From: Eledone cirrhosa
Lineage: Eukaryota
Direction: 5' to 3'
DNA: 64,000 bases
NCBI GenBank assembly: GCA_964016885.1
Contig: OZ024744.1
Coordinates: 18,290,001-18,354,000 of the forward strand
Below are positions 12,001-26,900 of the stretch, piece after piece. The position numbers and the translations under genes were made by a program. Position 1 is the first letter of the stretch, and each line of letters starts with the position of its first letter. Under the pieces are notes generated by a model. It saw only the letters and a program-made list of their open reading frames with translations, did no database searches and had not been told where the DNA came from.

Positions 12001-15000
12001 TGTGTGTTGTCTGTGTCATTGTGTATGTCACTGGGTGTTTCTGTATGACTGTGTAACTGTGTATGACACTGTGTCTTTCTGTATGTATGTATCACTGTGT
12101 ATGTCACTGTGTGTATCTGTATGTCTGTGTCACTGTGTAAGTCAGTGTATCTTTGTGTATGTCTGTGGCACTCTGTATGTCGTTGTGTGTTTCTGTATGT
12201 ATGTGTCTCTGTGTATGTCACTGTATATTTGTGTATGTATGTGTCACTGTGTATGTCACTGTGAGTTTCTCTATGTGTGTGTCACTGTGTATGTCACTGT
12301 ATGTCTCTGTATGTCTGTGTCACTGTCTATGTCACTGTATCTTTGTGTATGTTTGTGTCCCTGTGTATGTCACTGTGTGTTTCTGTATGTCTGTGTCACT
12401 GTGTATGTCACAGTGTGTTTCTGTATATATGTGTCTCTATGTATGTCACTGTATCTTTGTGTATGTCTGTGTCACTGTGTGTTTCTGTATGTCTGTGTCA
12501 CTGAGTATGTCACTGTATGTTTGTGTGTGTCTGTGTCACTGTGTATGTCACTGTGTGTTTGTGTATGTCTGTGTCACTGTATGTTTCTGTATGTCTGTGT
12601 CACTGTGTATGTCACTGTTTGTTTCTGTATGTATGTGTCACTGTGTATGTCACCGTATGTGTGTGTATGTCTGTGTCACCGTGTATGTCACTGTATCTTT
12701 GTGTATGCCTGTGTCACTGTGTATGTCACTGTGTGATTCTGTATGTCTGTGTCACTGTGTATGTCAATGTGTGTTTCTGTATGTTTGTGTCACTGTGTAT
12801 GTCACTAAATGTTTGTGTGTGTCTGTGTCTCTATGTATGTCACTGTGTATTTGCGTGTGTCTGTGTCACTGTGTATGTCACTGTGTGTTTCTGTATGTCT
12901 GTGTGACTGTGTATGTCACTGTTTGTTTGTGTATGTCTGTGTCACTGTGTGTGTTTCTGTATGTCTGTGTCACTGTGTATGTCATTGCATCTTTGTGTAT
13001 GTCTGTGTCATTGTGTATGTCACTGTGTGTTTCTGTATGTTTGTGTCACTGTGTATGTCACTGTGTGTTTCTGTATATCTGTGTCTCTGTGTATGTTACT
13101 GTATCTTTGTGTATGTCTGTGTTACTGTGTATGTCACTGTATCTTTGTGTATGTCTATGTCACGGTGTATATCACTGTATGTTTGTGTATGTCTGTGTCA
13201 CTCTATATGTCACTGTATGTTTCTGTATGTATGTGTCACTGTGTATGTCAATGTGTGTTTCTGTATCTCTGTGTCACGGTGTATGTCACTGTATGTTTGT
13301 GTATGTCTGTGTGAATGTGTATGTCACTGTATGTTAATGTATGTCTGTGTCACTGTGTATGTCACTGTGTGTTTCTGTATGTCTGTGTCACTGTGTATGT
13401 CACTGTATATTTGTGTATGTCTGTGTCACTGTGTATGTCACTGTGTGTTTCTGTATGTCTGTGTCACTGTCTATGTCACTGTATGTTTCTGAATGTCTGT
13501 GTAACTGTGTATGTCACTGTGTGTTTCTGTGTGTCTGTGTCACGGTGTATGTCACTGTATGTTTGTGTGTGTCTGTGTCATTGTGTATGTCACTGTGTGT
13601 TTCTGTATGTCGGTGTCACCGTGTATGTCACTGTATCTTTGTGTATGCCTGTGTCACTGTGTATGTCACTGTGTGTTTCTGTATGTCTGTGTCACTGTGT
13701 ATGTCACTCTGTGTTTCTGTATGTTTGTGTCACTGTGTATGTCACTAAATGTTTGTGTGTGTCTGTGTCTCTGTCTATGTCACTGTGTGTTTGCGTGTGT
13801 CTTTGTCACTGTGTATGTCACTGTGTGTTTCTGCATGCCTGTGTGACTGTGTATGTCACTGTGTGTTGTTTGTGTATGTCTGTGTCACTGTATGTTTCTG
13901 TATGTCTGTTTCACCGTGTATGTCACTGTGTGTTTCTGTATGTATGTGTCACCGTGTATGTCACTGTATCTTTGTGTATGCCTTTGTCACTGTGTATGTC
14001 ACTGTTTGTTTCTGTATGTTTGTGTCACTGTGTATGTCACTAAATGTTTGTGTGTGTCTGTGTCACTGTGTATGTCACTGTGTGTTTGCGTGTGTCTGTG
14101 TCACTGTGTATGTCACTGTGTGTTTCTGTATGTCTGTGTGACTGTGTATGTCACTCTGTGTTTGTGTATGTCTGTGTCACTGTGTGTGTTTCTGTATGTC
14201 TGTGTCACTGTGGATGTCATTGTATTTTTGTGTTTGTATGTGTCACTGTGTATGTCACTGTGTGTTTGTGTATACCTGTGTCACTGTGTATGTTACTGTG
14301 AGTTTCTGTATGTCTATGTCACTGTGTACGTCACTGTATATTTCTGTATGTCTGTGTCAGTGTGTATGTCACTGGGTGATTCTGTATGTCTGTGTCACAC
14401 TGTATATCACTGTATCTTTGTGTATGACTACGTCACTGTGTGTGTCACTGTGTGTTTCTGTATGTCTGTGTCTTTGTGTATGTTACTGTACCTTTGTGTA
14501 TGTCTGTGTCACTGTGTATGTCACTGTGTGTTTCTGTATGTCTGTGTCACTGTGTATGTCACTGTGTGTTTCTGTATATCTGTGTCTCTGTGTATGTCAC
14601 TGTATCTTTGTGTATGTCTGTGTCACTGTGTATGTCACTGTATCTTTGTGTATGTCGGTGTCACCGTGTATGTCATTGTAACGTTGTGTATCTCTGTGTC
14701 ACTGTGTATGTCACTGTATCTTTGTGTACGTCTGTGTCACGGTGCATGTCACTGTGTGTTTCTGTATGTATGTGTCACGGTGTATGTCACTGTATGTTTG
14801 TGTATGTCTGTGTCACTGTGTATGTCACTGTATCTTTGTGTATGTCTGTGTCACTGTGTATGTTACTGTGTGTTTCTGTATGTCTGTGTCACTGTGTTTG
14901 CGTGTGTCTGTGTCACTGTGTGTTTCTGTATGTCTGTGTCACTGTGTATGTCACTGTATCTTTGTGTATGTCTGTGTCACTGTGTATGTTACTGTGTGTT

Positions 15001-18000
15001 TCTGTATGTCTGTGTCACTGTGTTTGCGTGTGTCTGTGTCACTGTATGTCTCTGTATGTCTGTGTCACTGTGTATGTCACTGTATGTTTGTGTATGTCTG
15101 CGTCACTGTATGTTTCTGTATGTGTGTGTCACTGTGTATATCACTGTATGTTTGTGTATGCCTGTGTCACGGTGTATGTCACTGTATGTTTCTGTGTGTC
15201 TGTGTCACTGTGTATGTCACTGTGTGTTTGTGTATGTCTGTGTCACTGTATGTTTCTGTATGTCTGTGTCACTGTGTATGTCACTGTGTGTTTATGTATG
15301 TCTGTGTCACCGTGTATGTCACTGTATCTTTGTGTATGCCTGTGTCACTGTGTATGTCACTGTGTGATTCTGTATGTCTGTGTCACTGTGTATGTCACTG
15401 TGTGTTTCTGTATGTTTGTGTCACTGTGTATGTCACTAGATGTTTGTGTGTGTCTGTGTCTCTATGTATGTCACTGTGTATTTGCGTGTGTCTGTGTCAC
15501 TGTGTATGTCACTGTGTGTTTCTGTATGTCTGTGTGACTCTGTATGTCACTGTTTGTTTGTGTATGTCTGTGTCACTGTGTGTGTTTCTGTATGTCTGTG
15601 TCACTGTGTATGTCATTGCATCTTTGTATATGTCTGTGTCACTCTGCATGTCACTGTGTGTTTCTGTATGTCTGTGTCACTGTGTATGTCACTGTATATT
15701 TCTGTATGTCTGTTTCACTGTGTATATCACTGTGTGTTTCTGTATGTCTGTGTCACTGTATATGTCACTGTATCTTTGTGTATGCCTGTGTCACTCTGTA
15801 TGTCACTGTGTGTTTCTGTATGTCTGTGTCACTATGTATGCCACTGTATGTTTGTGTTGTCTGTGTCATTGTGTATGTCACTGGGTGTTTCTGTATGAAT
15901 GTGTCACTGTGTATGACACTGTGTCTTTCTGTATGTATGTATCACTGTGTATGTCACTGTGTGTTTCTGTATGTATGTGTCTCTGTGTATGTCACTGTAT
16001 ATTTGTGTATGTATGTGTCACTGTGTATGTCACTGTGAGTTTCTCTATGTCTGTGTCACTGTGTATGTCACTGTATGTCTCTGTATGTCTGTGTCACTGT
16101 CTATGTCACTGTATCTTTGTGTATGTCTGTGTCACTGTGTATGTCACTGTGTGTTTCTGTATGTCTGTGTCACTGTGTATGTCACAGTGTGTTTCTGTAT
16201 ATATGTGTCTCTATGTATGTCATGTATCTTTGTGTATGTCTGTGTCACTGAGTATGTCACTGTATGTTTGTGTGTGTCTGTGTCACTGTGTATGTCACTG
16301 TGTGTTTGTGTATGTCTGTGTCACTGTATGTTTCTGTATGTCTGTGTCACTGTGTACGTCACTGTTTGTTTCTGTATGTATGTGTCACCGTGTATGTCAC
16401 CGTATGTGTGTGTATGTCTGTGTCACGGTGTATGTCACTGTATCTTTGTGTATGCCTGTGTCACTGTGTATGTCACTGTGTGTTTCTGTATGTCTGTGTC
16501 ACTGTGTATGTCACTGTATGTTTGTGTGTGTCTGTGTCACTGTGTATGTCAATGTCTCTGTGTGTTTCTGTATGTCTGTGTCTCTGTGTATGTCACTGTA
16601 TATTTGTGTATGTATGTGTCACTGTGTATGTCACTGTGAGTTTCTGTATGTCTGTGTCACTGTGTATGTCACTGTATGTCTCTGTATGTCTGTGTCACTG
16701 TCTATGTCACTGTATCTTTGTGTATGTCTGTGTCACTGTGTATGTCACTGTGTGTTTATGTATTTCTGTGTCTCTGTATACGTCACTGTATCTTTGTGTA
16801 TGACTGCGTCACTGTGTATGTCACTGTATGTTTGTGTATGTCTGTGTCACTGTGTGTTTCTGTATGTGTGTGTCACTGTGTATATCACTGTGTGTTTGTG
16901 TATGCCTGTGTCACGGTGTATGTCACTGTATGTTTGTGTGTGTCTGTGTCACTGTGTATGTCACTGTGTGTTTGTGTATGTCTGTGTCACTGTATGTTTC
17001 TGTATGTATGTGTCACTGTGTGTTTCTGTATGTCTGTGTCACCGTGTATGTCACTGTATCTTTGTGTATGCCTGTGTCACTGTGTATGTCACTGTGTGAT
17101 TCTGTATGTCTGTGTCACTGTGTATGTCACTGTGTGTTTCTGTATGTTTGTGTCACTGTGTATGTCACTAAATGTTTGTGTGTTTCTGTATGTCTGTGTG
17201 ACTGTGTATGTCACTGTTTGTTTGTGTATGTCTGTGTCACTGTGTGTGTTTCTGTATGTCTGTGTCACTGTGTATGTCATTGCATCTTTGTGTATGTCTG
17301 TGTCATTGTGTATGTCACTGTGTGTTTCTGTATGTTTGTGTCACTGTGTATGTCACTGTGTGTTTCTGTATATCTGTGTCTCTGTGTATGTTACTGTATC
17401 TTTGTGTATGTCTGTGTCACTGTGTATGTCACTGTATCTTTGTGTATGTCTGTGTCACGGTGTATATCACTGTATGTTTGTGTATGTCTGTGTACACTCT
17501 ATGTTTCTGTATGTATGTGTCACTGTGTATGTCAATGTCTGTTTCTGTATCTCTGTGTCACGGTGTATGTCACTGTATGTTTGTGTATGTCTGTGTGACT
17601 GTGTATGTCACTGTATGTTACTGTATGTCTGTGTCACTGTGTATGTCACTGTGTGTTTCTGTATGTCTGTGTCACTGTGTATGTCACTGTATATTTGTGT
17701 ATGTCTGTGTCACGGTGTATGTCACTGTGTGTTTCTGTATGTCTGTGTCACTGTCTATGTCACTGTATGTTTCTGAATGTCTGTGTAACTGTGTATGTCA
17801 CTGTGTGTTTCTGTGTGTTTGTGTCACAGTGTATGTCACTGTATGTTTGTGTGTGTCTGTGTCATTGTGTATGTCACTGTGTGTTTCTGTATGTCGGTGT
17901 CACCGTGTATGTCACTGTATCTTTGTGTATGCCTGTGTCACTGTGTATGTCACTGTGTGTTTCTGTATGTCTGTGTCACTGTGTATGTCACTGTGTGTTT

Positions 18001-18500
18001 CTGTATGTTTGTGTCACTGTGTATGTCACTAAATGTTTGTGTGTGTCTGTGTCTCTGTCTATGTCAATGTGTGTTTGCGTGTGTCTTTGTCACTGTGTAT
18101 GTCACTGTGTGTTTCTGTATGTCTGTGTGACTGTGTGTGTCACTGTGTGTTTGTGTATGTCTGTGTCACTGTATGTTTCTGTATGTCTGTTTCACTGTGT
18201 ATGTCACTGTGTGTTTCTGTATGTATGTGTCACCGTGTATGTCACTGTATCTTTGTGTATGCCTTTGTCACTGTGTATGTCACTGTGTGTTTCTGTATGT
18301 CTGTGTCACTGTCTATGTCACTGTGTGTTTCTGTATGTTTGTGTCACTGTGTATGTCACTAAATGTTTGTGTGTGTCTGTGTCTATGTGTATGTCACTGT
18401 GTGTTTGCGTGTGTCTGTGTCACTGTGTATGTCACTGTGTGTTTCTGTATGTCTGTGTGACTGTGTATGTCACTCTGTGTTTGTGCATGTCTGTGTCACT
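1..18500. repeat. Array domain I: mosaic of multi-kb higher-order blocks with its own marker monomers
   Basis: Markers GGGTGATTCTG, TGTAGGTCTG, GTCTACGTCAC, GTACCTTTG, GTAACGTTG (AACGTT at 714, 4709, 10882, 14680) and GTGTGATTCTG are concentrated here. Near-identical ORF translations recur at offsets 10206 (2/10208, 106/10312, 344/10550), 5178 (7631/12809, 8137/13315, 8571/13749), 6287 (5866/12153) and 3995 (758/4753). Right boundary approximate. Confidence 0.75.
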
Positions 18501-20965
18501 GTGTGTGTTTCTGTATGTCTGTGTCACTGTGTATGTCATTGTATCTTTGTGTCTGTCTGTGTCACTGTGTATGTCACTGTATGTTTCTGTAAGGTTGTGT
18601 CACTGTGTATGTCACTGTATGTTCCTGTATGTCTGTTTCACTGTGTATGTCACTGTGTCTTTATGTATGTCTGTGTCACTCTGTATGTCACTGTATATTT
18701 CTGTATGTCTGTGTCACTGTGTATGTCACTGTATGTTTCCGTATGTCTGTGTCACTGTGTACGTCACTGTATGTTTCTGTATGTCTGTGTCACTGTGTAT
18801 GTCACTGTATGTTTCTGTATGTCTGTTTCACTGTGTATGTCACTGTGTGTTTCTGTATGTCTGTGTCACTATGTATGTCACTGTATATTTCTGTATGTCT
18901 GTGTCACTGTGTATGTCACTGTATGTTTCTGTATGTCTGTGTCACTGTATATGTCACTGTATCTTTGTGTATGCCTGTGTCACTGTTTATGTCACACTAT
19001 GTTTCTGTATGTCTGTTTCACTGTGTATGTCACTGTATATTTGTGTATGTCTGTGTCACTCTGTATGTCACTGTGTGTTTCTGTATGTTTGTGTCACTAT
19101 GTATGCCACTGTATGTTTGTGTTATCTGTGTCATTGTGTATGTCTCTGGGTGTTTCTGTATGTCTGTGTCACTGTGTATGACACTGTGTGGTTCTGTATG
19201 TATGTATCACTCTGTATGTCACTGTGTGTTTCTGTATGTCTGTGTCACTATGTAAGTCATTGTATCTTTGTGTATGTCTGTGGCACTCTGTATGTTGTTG
19301 TGTGTTTCTGTATGTATGTGTCTCTGTGTATGTCACTGTATCTTTGTGTATGTATGTGTCACTGTGTATGTTACTGTGAGTTTATGTATGTCTGTGTCAC
19401 TGTGTATGTCACTGTATGTCTATGTATGTCTGTGTCACTGTCTATGTCACTGTATCTTTGTGTATGTCTGTATCACTGTGTATGTCACTGTGTGTTTATG
19501 TATGTCTGTGTCTCTGTGTATGTCACTGTATCTTTGCGTATGTCTGCGTCACTGTGTATGTCACTGTGTGTTTCTGTATGTCTGTGTCACTGTGTATGTC
19601 ACAGTGTGTTTCTGTATAACTGTATCTCTGTGTATGTCACTGTATCTTTGTGTATGTCTGTGTCACTGTGTATGTCACTGTATGTTTCTGTATGTATGTT
19701 TCACTGTGTATGTCACTAAATGTTTGTGTGTGTCTGTGTCTCTGTGTATGTCACTATGTGTTTGCGTGTGTCTGTGTCACTGTGTGTGTTTCTGTATGTC
19801 TGTGTCACTGTGTATGTCATTGTATCTTTGTGTATGTATGTGTCACTCTGTATGTCACTGTGTGTTTCTGCATGTCTGTGTCACTGTGTATGTCACTGTG
19901 TGTTCCTGTATGTCTGTTTCACTGTATATGTCACTGTATCTTTGTGTATGCCTGTGTCACTGTCTATGTCACTGTATGTTTCTGTATGTCTGTTTCACTG
20001 TGTATGTCACTGTATATTTGTGTATGTCACTGTATATTTGTGTATGTCACTGTGTGTTTCTGTATGTCTGTGTCACTATGTATGCCACTGTATGTTTGTG
20101 TTGTCTGTGTCATTGTGTATGACACTGTGTCTTTCTGTATGTATGTATCACTGTGTATGTCACTGTGTGTATCTGTATGTCTGTGTCACTGTGTATGTCA
20201 CTGTATGTCTCTGTATCTCTGTGTCACTGTCTATGTCACTGTATCTTTGTGTATGTCTGTGTCACTATGTATGTCACTGTGTTTTTATGTATTTCTGTGT
20301 CTCTGTGTATGCCCCTGAATCTTTGTGTATGTCTGCGTCACTGTGTATGTCACTGTGTGTTACTGTATGTCTGTGTCACTGTGTATGTCACAGTGTGTTT
20401 CTGTATATATGTGTCTCTGTGTATGTCACTGTATCTTTGTGTATGTCTGTGTCACTGTGTGTTTCTGTATGTCTGTGTCACTGTGTATGTCACTGTATGT
20501 TTGTGTGTGTCTGTGTCACTGTCTATGTCACTGTGTGTTTGTGTATGTCTGTGTCACTGTATGCTTCTGTATGTCTGTGTCACTGTGTATGTCGCTGTTT
20601 GTTTCTGTATGTATGTGTCACTGTGTATGTCACCGTATGTGTGTGTATGTCTGTGTCACGGTGTATGTCACTGTATCTTTGTGTATGCCTGTGTCACTGT
20701 GTATGTCACTGTGTGTTTCTCTATGTCTGTGTCACTGTGTATGTCACTGTATGTTTGTGTGTGTCTGTGTCTCTGTGTATGTCACTGTGTGTTTCTGTAT
20801 GTCTGTGTGACTGTGTATGTCACTGTTTGTTTGTGTATGTCTGTGTCACTGTGTGTGTTTCTGTATGTCTGTGTCACTGTGTATGTCATTGCATCTTTGT
20901 GTATGTCTGTGTCACTCTGTATGTCACTGTGTGTTTCTGCATGTCTGTGTCACTGTGTATGTCAC

Positions 20966-23900
20966 TGTGTGTTCCTGTATGTCTGTGTCACTGTGTATGT
21001 CACTGTATGTTTCTGTATGTCTGTTTCACTGTGTATATCACTGTGTGTTTCTGTATGTCTGTGTCACTGTATATGTCACTGTATCTTTGTGTATGCCTGT
21101 GTCACTGTCTATGTCACTGTATGTTTCTGTATGTCTGTTTCACTGTGTATGTCACTGTATATTTGTGTATGTCTGTGTCACTCTGTATGTCACTGTGTGT
21201 TTCTGTATGTCTGTGTCACTATGTATGCCACTGTATGTTTGTGTTGTCTGTGTCATTGTGTATGTCACTGTGTGTATCTGTATGTCTGTGTCACTGTGTA
21301 AGTCATTGTATCTTTGTGTATGTCTGTGGCACTCTGTATGTCGTTGTGTGTTTCTGTATGTATGTGTCTCTGTGTATGTCACTGTATATTTGTGTATGTA
21401 TGTGTCACTGTGTATGTCACTGTGAGTTTCTCTATGTGTGTGTCACTGTGTATGTCACTGTATGTCTCTGTATGTCTGTGTCACTGTCTATGTCACTGTA
21501 TCTTTGTGTATGTTTGTGTCCCTGTGTATGTCACTGTGTGTTTATGTATTTCTGTGTCTCTGTGTATGCCACTGTATCTTTGTGTATGTCTGCGTCACTG
21601 TGTATGTCACTGTGTGTTTCTGTATGTCTGTGCCACTGTGTATGTCACGGTGTGTTTCTGTATATATGTGTCTCTGTGTATGTCACTGTATCTTTGTGTA
21701 TGTCTGTGTCACTGTGTGTTTCTGTATGTCTGTGTCACTGTGTATGTCACTGTATGTTTGTGTGTGTCTGTGTCACTGTGTATGTCACTGTGTGTTTGTG
21801 TATGTCTGTGTCACTGTATGTTTCTGTATGTATGTGTCACTGTGTATGTCACTGTGTGTTTCTGTATGTCTGTGTCACTGTGTATGTCACTGTATGTTTG
21901 TGTGTGTCTGTGTCACTGTGTATGTCAATGCCTCTGTGTGTTTCTATATGTCTGTGTCTCTGTGTATGTCACTGTATCTGTGTGTATGTATGTGTCACTG
22001 TGTATGTCACTGTGTGTTTCTGTATGTCTGTGTCACTGTGTATATCACTGTGTGTTTCTGTATATCTGTGTCTCTGTGTATGTCACTGTATCTTTGTGTA
22101 TGTCTGGGTCACTGTGTATGTCATTGTATATTTGTGTATGTCTGTGTCACGGTGTATATCACTGTATGTTTGTGTATGTCTGTGTCACTGTGTATGTCCC
22201 TGTATGTTTCTGTATGTCTGTGTCACTGTGTATATCAATGTGTGTTTCTGTATCTCTGTGTCACGGTGTATGTCACTGCATGTTTGTGTATGTCTGTGTG
22301 ACTGTGAATGTCACTGTGTGTTTCTGTATGGCTGTGTCACTGTGTATGTCACTGTATCTTTGTGTATGTCTGTGTCACTGTGTATGTCACAGTGTGTTTC
22401 TATATGTCTGTGTCACTGTCTATGTCACTGTATGTTTCTGAATGTCTGTGTCACTGTGTATGTCACTGTGTGTTTCTGTATGTCTGTGTCACGGTGTATG
22501 TCACTGTATGTTTGTGTGTGACTGTGTCACTGTGTATGTCACTCTGTGTTTGTGTATGTCTGTGTCACTGTATGTTTCTGTATGTCTGTGTCACTGTGTA
22601 TGTCACTGTGTGTTTATGTATGTCTGTGTCACCGTGTATGTCATTGTATCTTTGTGTCTGTCTGTGTCACTGTGTATGTCACTGTATGTTTCTGTAAGTT
22701 TGTGTCACTGTGTATGTCACTGTGTGTTTCTGTATGTCTGTGTCTCTGTGTATGTCACTGTATGTTTCTGTATGTCTGTTTCACTGTGTATGTCACTGTG
22801 TCTTTATGTATATCTGTGTCACTCTGTATGTCACTGTATATTTCTGTATGTCTGTGTCACTGTGTATGTCACTGTATGTTTCTGTATGTCTGTGTCACTG
22901 TGTATGTCACTGTATGTTTCTGTATGTCTGTGTCACTGTGTATGTCACTGTATGTTTCTGTATGTCTGTTTCACTGTGTATGTCACTGTGTGTTTCTGTA
23001 TGTCTGTGTCACTCTGTATGTCACTGTATATTTCTGTATATCTGTGTCACTGTGTATGTCACTGTATGTTTCTGTATGTCTGTGTCACTGTGTATGTCAC
23101 TGTGTGTTTCTGTATGTCTGTGTCACTGTATATGTCACTGTATCTTTGTGTATGCCTGTGTCACTGTTTATGTCACTGTATGTTTCTGTAAGTCTGTTTC
23201 ACTGTGTATGTCACTGTATATTTGTGTATGTCTGTGTCACTCTGTATGTCACTGTGTGTTTCTGTATGTCTGTGTCACTATGTATGCCACTGTATGTTTG
23301 TGTTATCTGTGTCATTGTGTATGTCACTGGGTGTTTCTGTATGTCTGTGTCACTGTGTATGACACTGTGTGTTTCTGTATGTATGTATCACTGTGTATGT
23401 CACTGTGTGTTTCTGTATGTCTGTGTCACTATGTAAGTCATTGTATCTTTGTGTATGTCTGTGGCACTCTGTATGTTGTTGTGTGTTTCTGTATGTATGT
23501 GTCTCTGTGTATGTCACTGTATCTTTGTGTATGTATGTGTCGCTGTGTATGTTACTGTGAGTTTATGTATGTCTGTGTCACTGTGTATGTCACTGTATGT
23601 CTATGTATGTCTGTGTCACTGTCTATGTCACTGTATCTTTGTGTATGTCTGTATCACTGTGTATGTCACTGTGTGTTTATGTATGTCTGTGTCTCTGTGT
23701 ATGTCACAGTGTGTTTCTGTATATCTGTGTCTCTGTGTATGTCACTGTATCTTTGTGTATGTCTGTGTCACTGTGTATGTCACTGTATGTTTCTGTATGT
23801 ATGTTTCACCGTGTATGTCACTAAATGTTTGTGTGTGTCTGTGTCTCTGTGTATGTCACTGTGTGTTTCGTGTGTCTGTGTCACTGTGTATGTCACTGTG

Positions 23901-26900
23901 TGTTTCTGTATGTCTGTGTGACTGTGTATGTCACTGTTTGTTTGTGTATGTATGTGTCACTGTGTGTGTTTCTGTATGTCTGTGTCACTGTGTATGTCAT
24001 TGCATCTTTGTGTATGTCTGTGTCACTGTGTATGTCACAGTGTGTTTCTGTATGTCTGTGTCACTGTCTATGTCACTGTATGTTTCTGAATGTCTGTGTC
24101 ACTGTGCATGTCACTGTGTGTTTCTGTATGTCTGTGTCACGGTGTATGTCACTGTATGTTTGTGTGTGACTGTGTCACTGTGTATGTCACTGTGTGTTTG
24201 TGTATGTCTGTGTCACTGTATGTTTCTGTATGTCTGTGTCACTGTGTATGTCACTGTGTGTTTCTGTATGTCTGTGTCACTGTGTATGTCATTGTATCTT
24301 TGTGTGTGACTGTGTCACTGTGTATGTCACTGTGTGTTTGTGTATGTCTGTGTCACTGTATCTTCGCGTATGTCTGCGTCACTGTGTATGTCACTGTGTG
24401 TTTCTGCATGTCTGTGTCACTGTGTATGTCACAGTGTGTTTCTGTATATCTGTGACTCTGTGTATGTCACTGTATCTTTGTGTATGTCTGTGTCACTGTG
24501 TATGTCACTGTATGTTTCTGTATGTATGTTTCACCGTCTATGTCACTAAATGTTTGTGTGTGTCTGTGTCTCTGTGTATGTCACTGTGTGTTTGCCTGTG
24601 TCTGTGTCACTGTGTATGTCACTGTGTGTTTCTGTATGTCTGTGTGACTGTGTATGTCACTGTTTGTTTGTGTATGTCTGTGTCACTGTGTGTGTTTCTG
24701 TATGTCTGTGTCTCTGTGTATGTCACTGTGTCTTTATGTATGTCTGTGTCACTCTGTATGTCACTGTATATTTCTGTATGTCCGTGTCACTGTGTATGTC
24801 ACTGTATGTTTCTGTATGTTTGTGTCACTGTGTATGTCACTGTATGTTTCTGTATGTCTGTTTCACTGTGTATGTCACTGTGTCTTTATGTATGTCTGTG
24901 TCACTCTGTATGTCACTGTATATTTCTGTATGTCTGTGTCACTGTGTATGTCACTGTATGTTTCTGTATGTCTGTGTCACTGTGTATGTCACTATGTGTT
25001 TCTGTATGTCTGTGTCACTGTATATGTCACTGTATCTTTGTGTATGCCTATGTCACTGTTTATGTCACTGTATGTTTCTGTATGTCTGTTTCACTGTGTA
25101 TGCCACTATATATTTGTGTATGTCTGTGTCACTCTGTATGTCACTGTGTGTTTCTGTATGTCTGTGTCACTATGTATGCCACTGTATGTTTGTGTTATCT
25201 GTGTCATTGTGTATGTCACTGGGTGTTTCTGTATGTATGTGTCACTGTGTATGACACTGTGTGTTTCTGTATGTATGTATCACTGTGTATGTCACTGTGT
25301 GTTTCTGTATGTCTGTGTCACTATGTAAGTCATTGTATCTTTGTGTATGTCTGTGGCACTCTGTATGTCGTTGTGTGTTTCTGTATGTATGTGTCTCTGT
25401 GTATGTCACTGTACATTTGTGTATGTATGTGTCACTGTGTATGTCACTGTGAGTTTATGTATGTCTGTGTCACTGTGTATGTCACTGTATGTCTATGTAT
25501 ATCTGTGTCACTGTCTATATCACTGTATCTTTGTGTATGTCTGTATCACTGTGTATGTCACTGTGTGTTTATGTATGTCTGTGTCTCTGTGTATGTCACT
25601 GTATCTTTGCGTATGTCTGCGTCACTGTGTATGTCACTGTGTGTTTCTGTATGTCTGTGTCACTGTGTATGTCACAGTGTGTTTCTGTATATCTGTGTCT
25701 CTGTGTATGTCTCTGTATCTTTGTGTATGTCTGTGTCACTGTGTATGTCACTGTATGTTTCTGTATGTATGTTTCACTGTGTATGTCACTAAATGTTTGT
25801 GTGTGTCTGTGTCACTGTGTATGTCACTGTGTGTTTTCTGTATGTATGTGTGACTGTGTATGTCACTGTTTCTTTGTGTATGTCTGTGTCACTGTGTGTG
25901 TTTCTGTATGTCTGTGTCACTGTGTATGTCATTGCATCTTTGTGTATGTCTGTGTCACTCTGTATGTCACTGTGTGTTTCTGCATGTCTGCGTCACTGTG
26001 TATGTCAATGTGTGTTCCTGTATGTCTGTGTCACTGTGTATGTCACTGTATGTTTCTGTATGTCTGTTTCACTGTGTATATCACTGTGTGTTTCTGTATG
26101 TCTGTGTCACTGTATATGTCACTGTATCTTTGTGTATGCCTGTGTCACTGTCTATGTCACTGTATGTTTCTGTATGTCTGTTTCACTGTGTATGTCACTG
26201 TATATTTGTGTATGTCTGTGTCACTCTGTATGTCACTGTGTGTTTCTGTATGTCTGTGTCACTATGTATGCCACTGTATGTTTGTGTTGTCTGTGTCATT
26301 GTGTATGTCACTGTGTGTATCTGTATGTCTGTGTCACTGTGTAAGTCATTGTATCTTTGTGTATGTCTGTGGCACTCTGTATGTCGTTGTGTGTTTCTGT
26401 ATGTATGTGTCTCTGTGTATGTCACTGTATATTTGTGTATGTATGTGTCACTGTGTATGTCACTGTGAGTTTCTCTATGTGTGTGTCACTGTGTATGTCA
26501 CTGTATGTCTCTGTATGTCTGTGTCACTGTCTATGTCACTGTATCTTTGTGTATGTTTGTGTCCCTGTGTATGTCACTGTGTGTTTATGTATTTCTGTGT
26601 CTCTGTGTATGCCACTGTATCTTTGTGTATGTCTGCGTCACTGTGTATGTCACTGTGTGTTTCTGTATGTCTGTGCCACTGTGTATGTCACGGTGTGTTT
26701 CTGTATATATGTGTCTCTGTGTATGTCACTGTATCTTTGTGTATGTCTGTGTCACTGTGTGTTTCTGTATGTCTGTGTCACTGTGTATGTCACTGTATGT
26801 TTGTGTGTGTCTGTGTCACTGTGTATGTCACTGTGTGTTTGTGTATGTCTGTGTCACTGTATGTTTCTGTATGTATGTGTCACTGTGTATGTCACTGTGT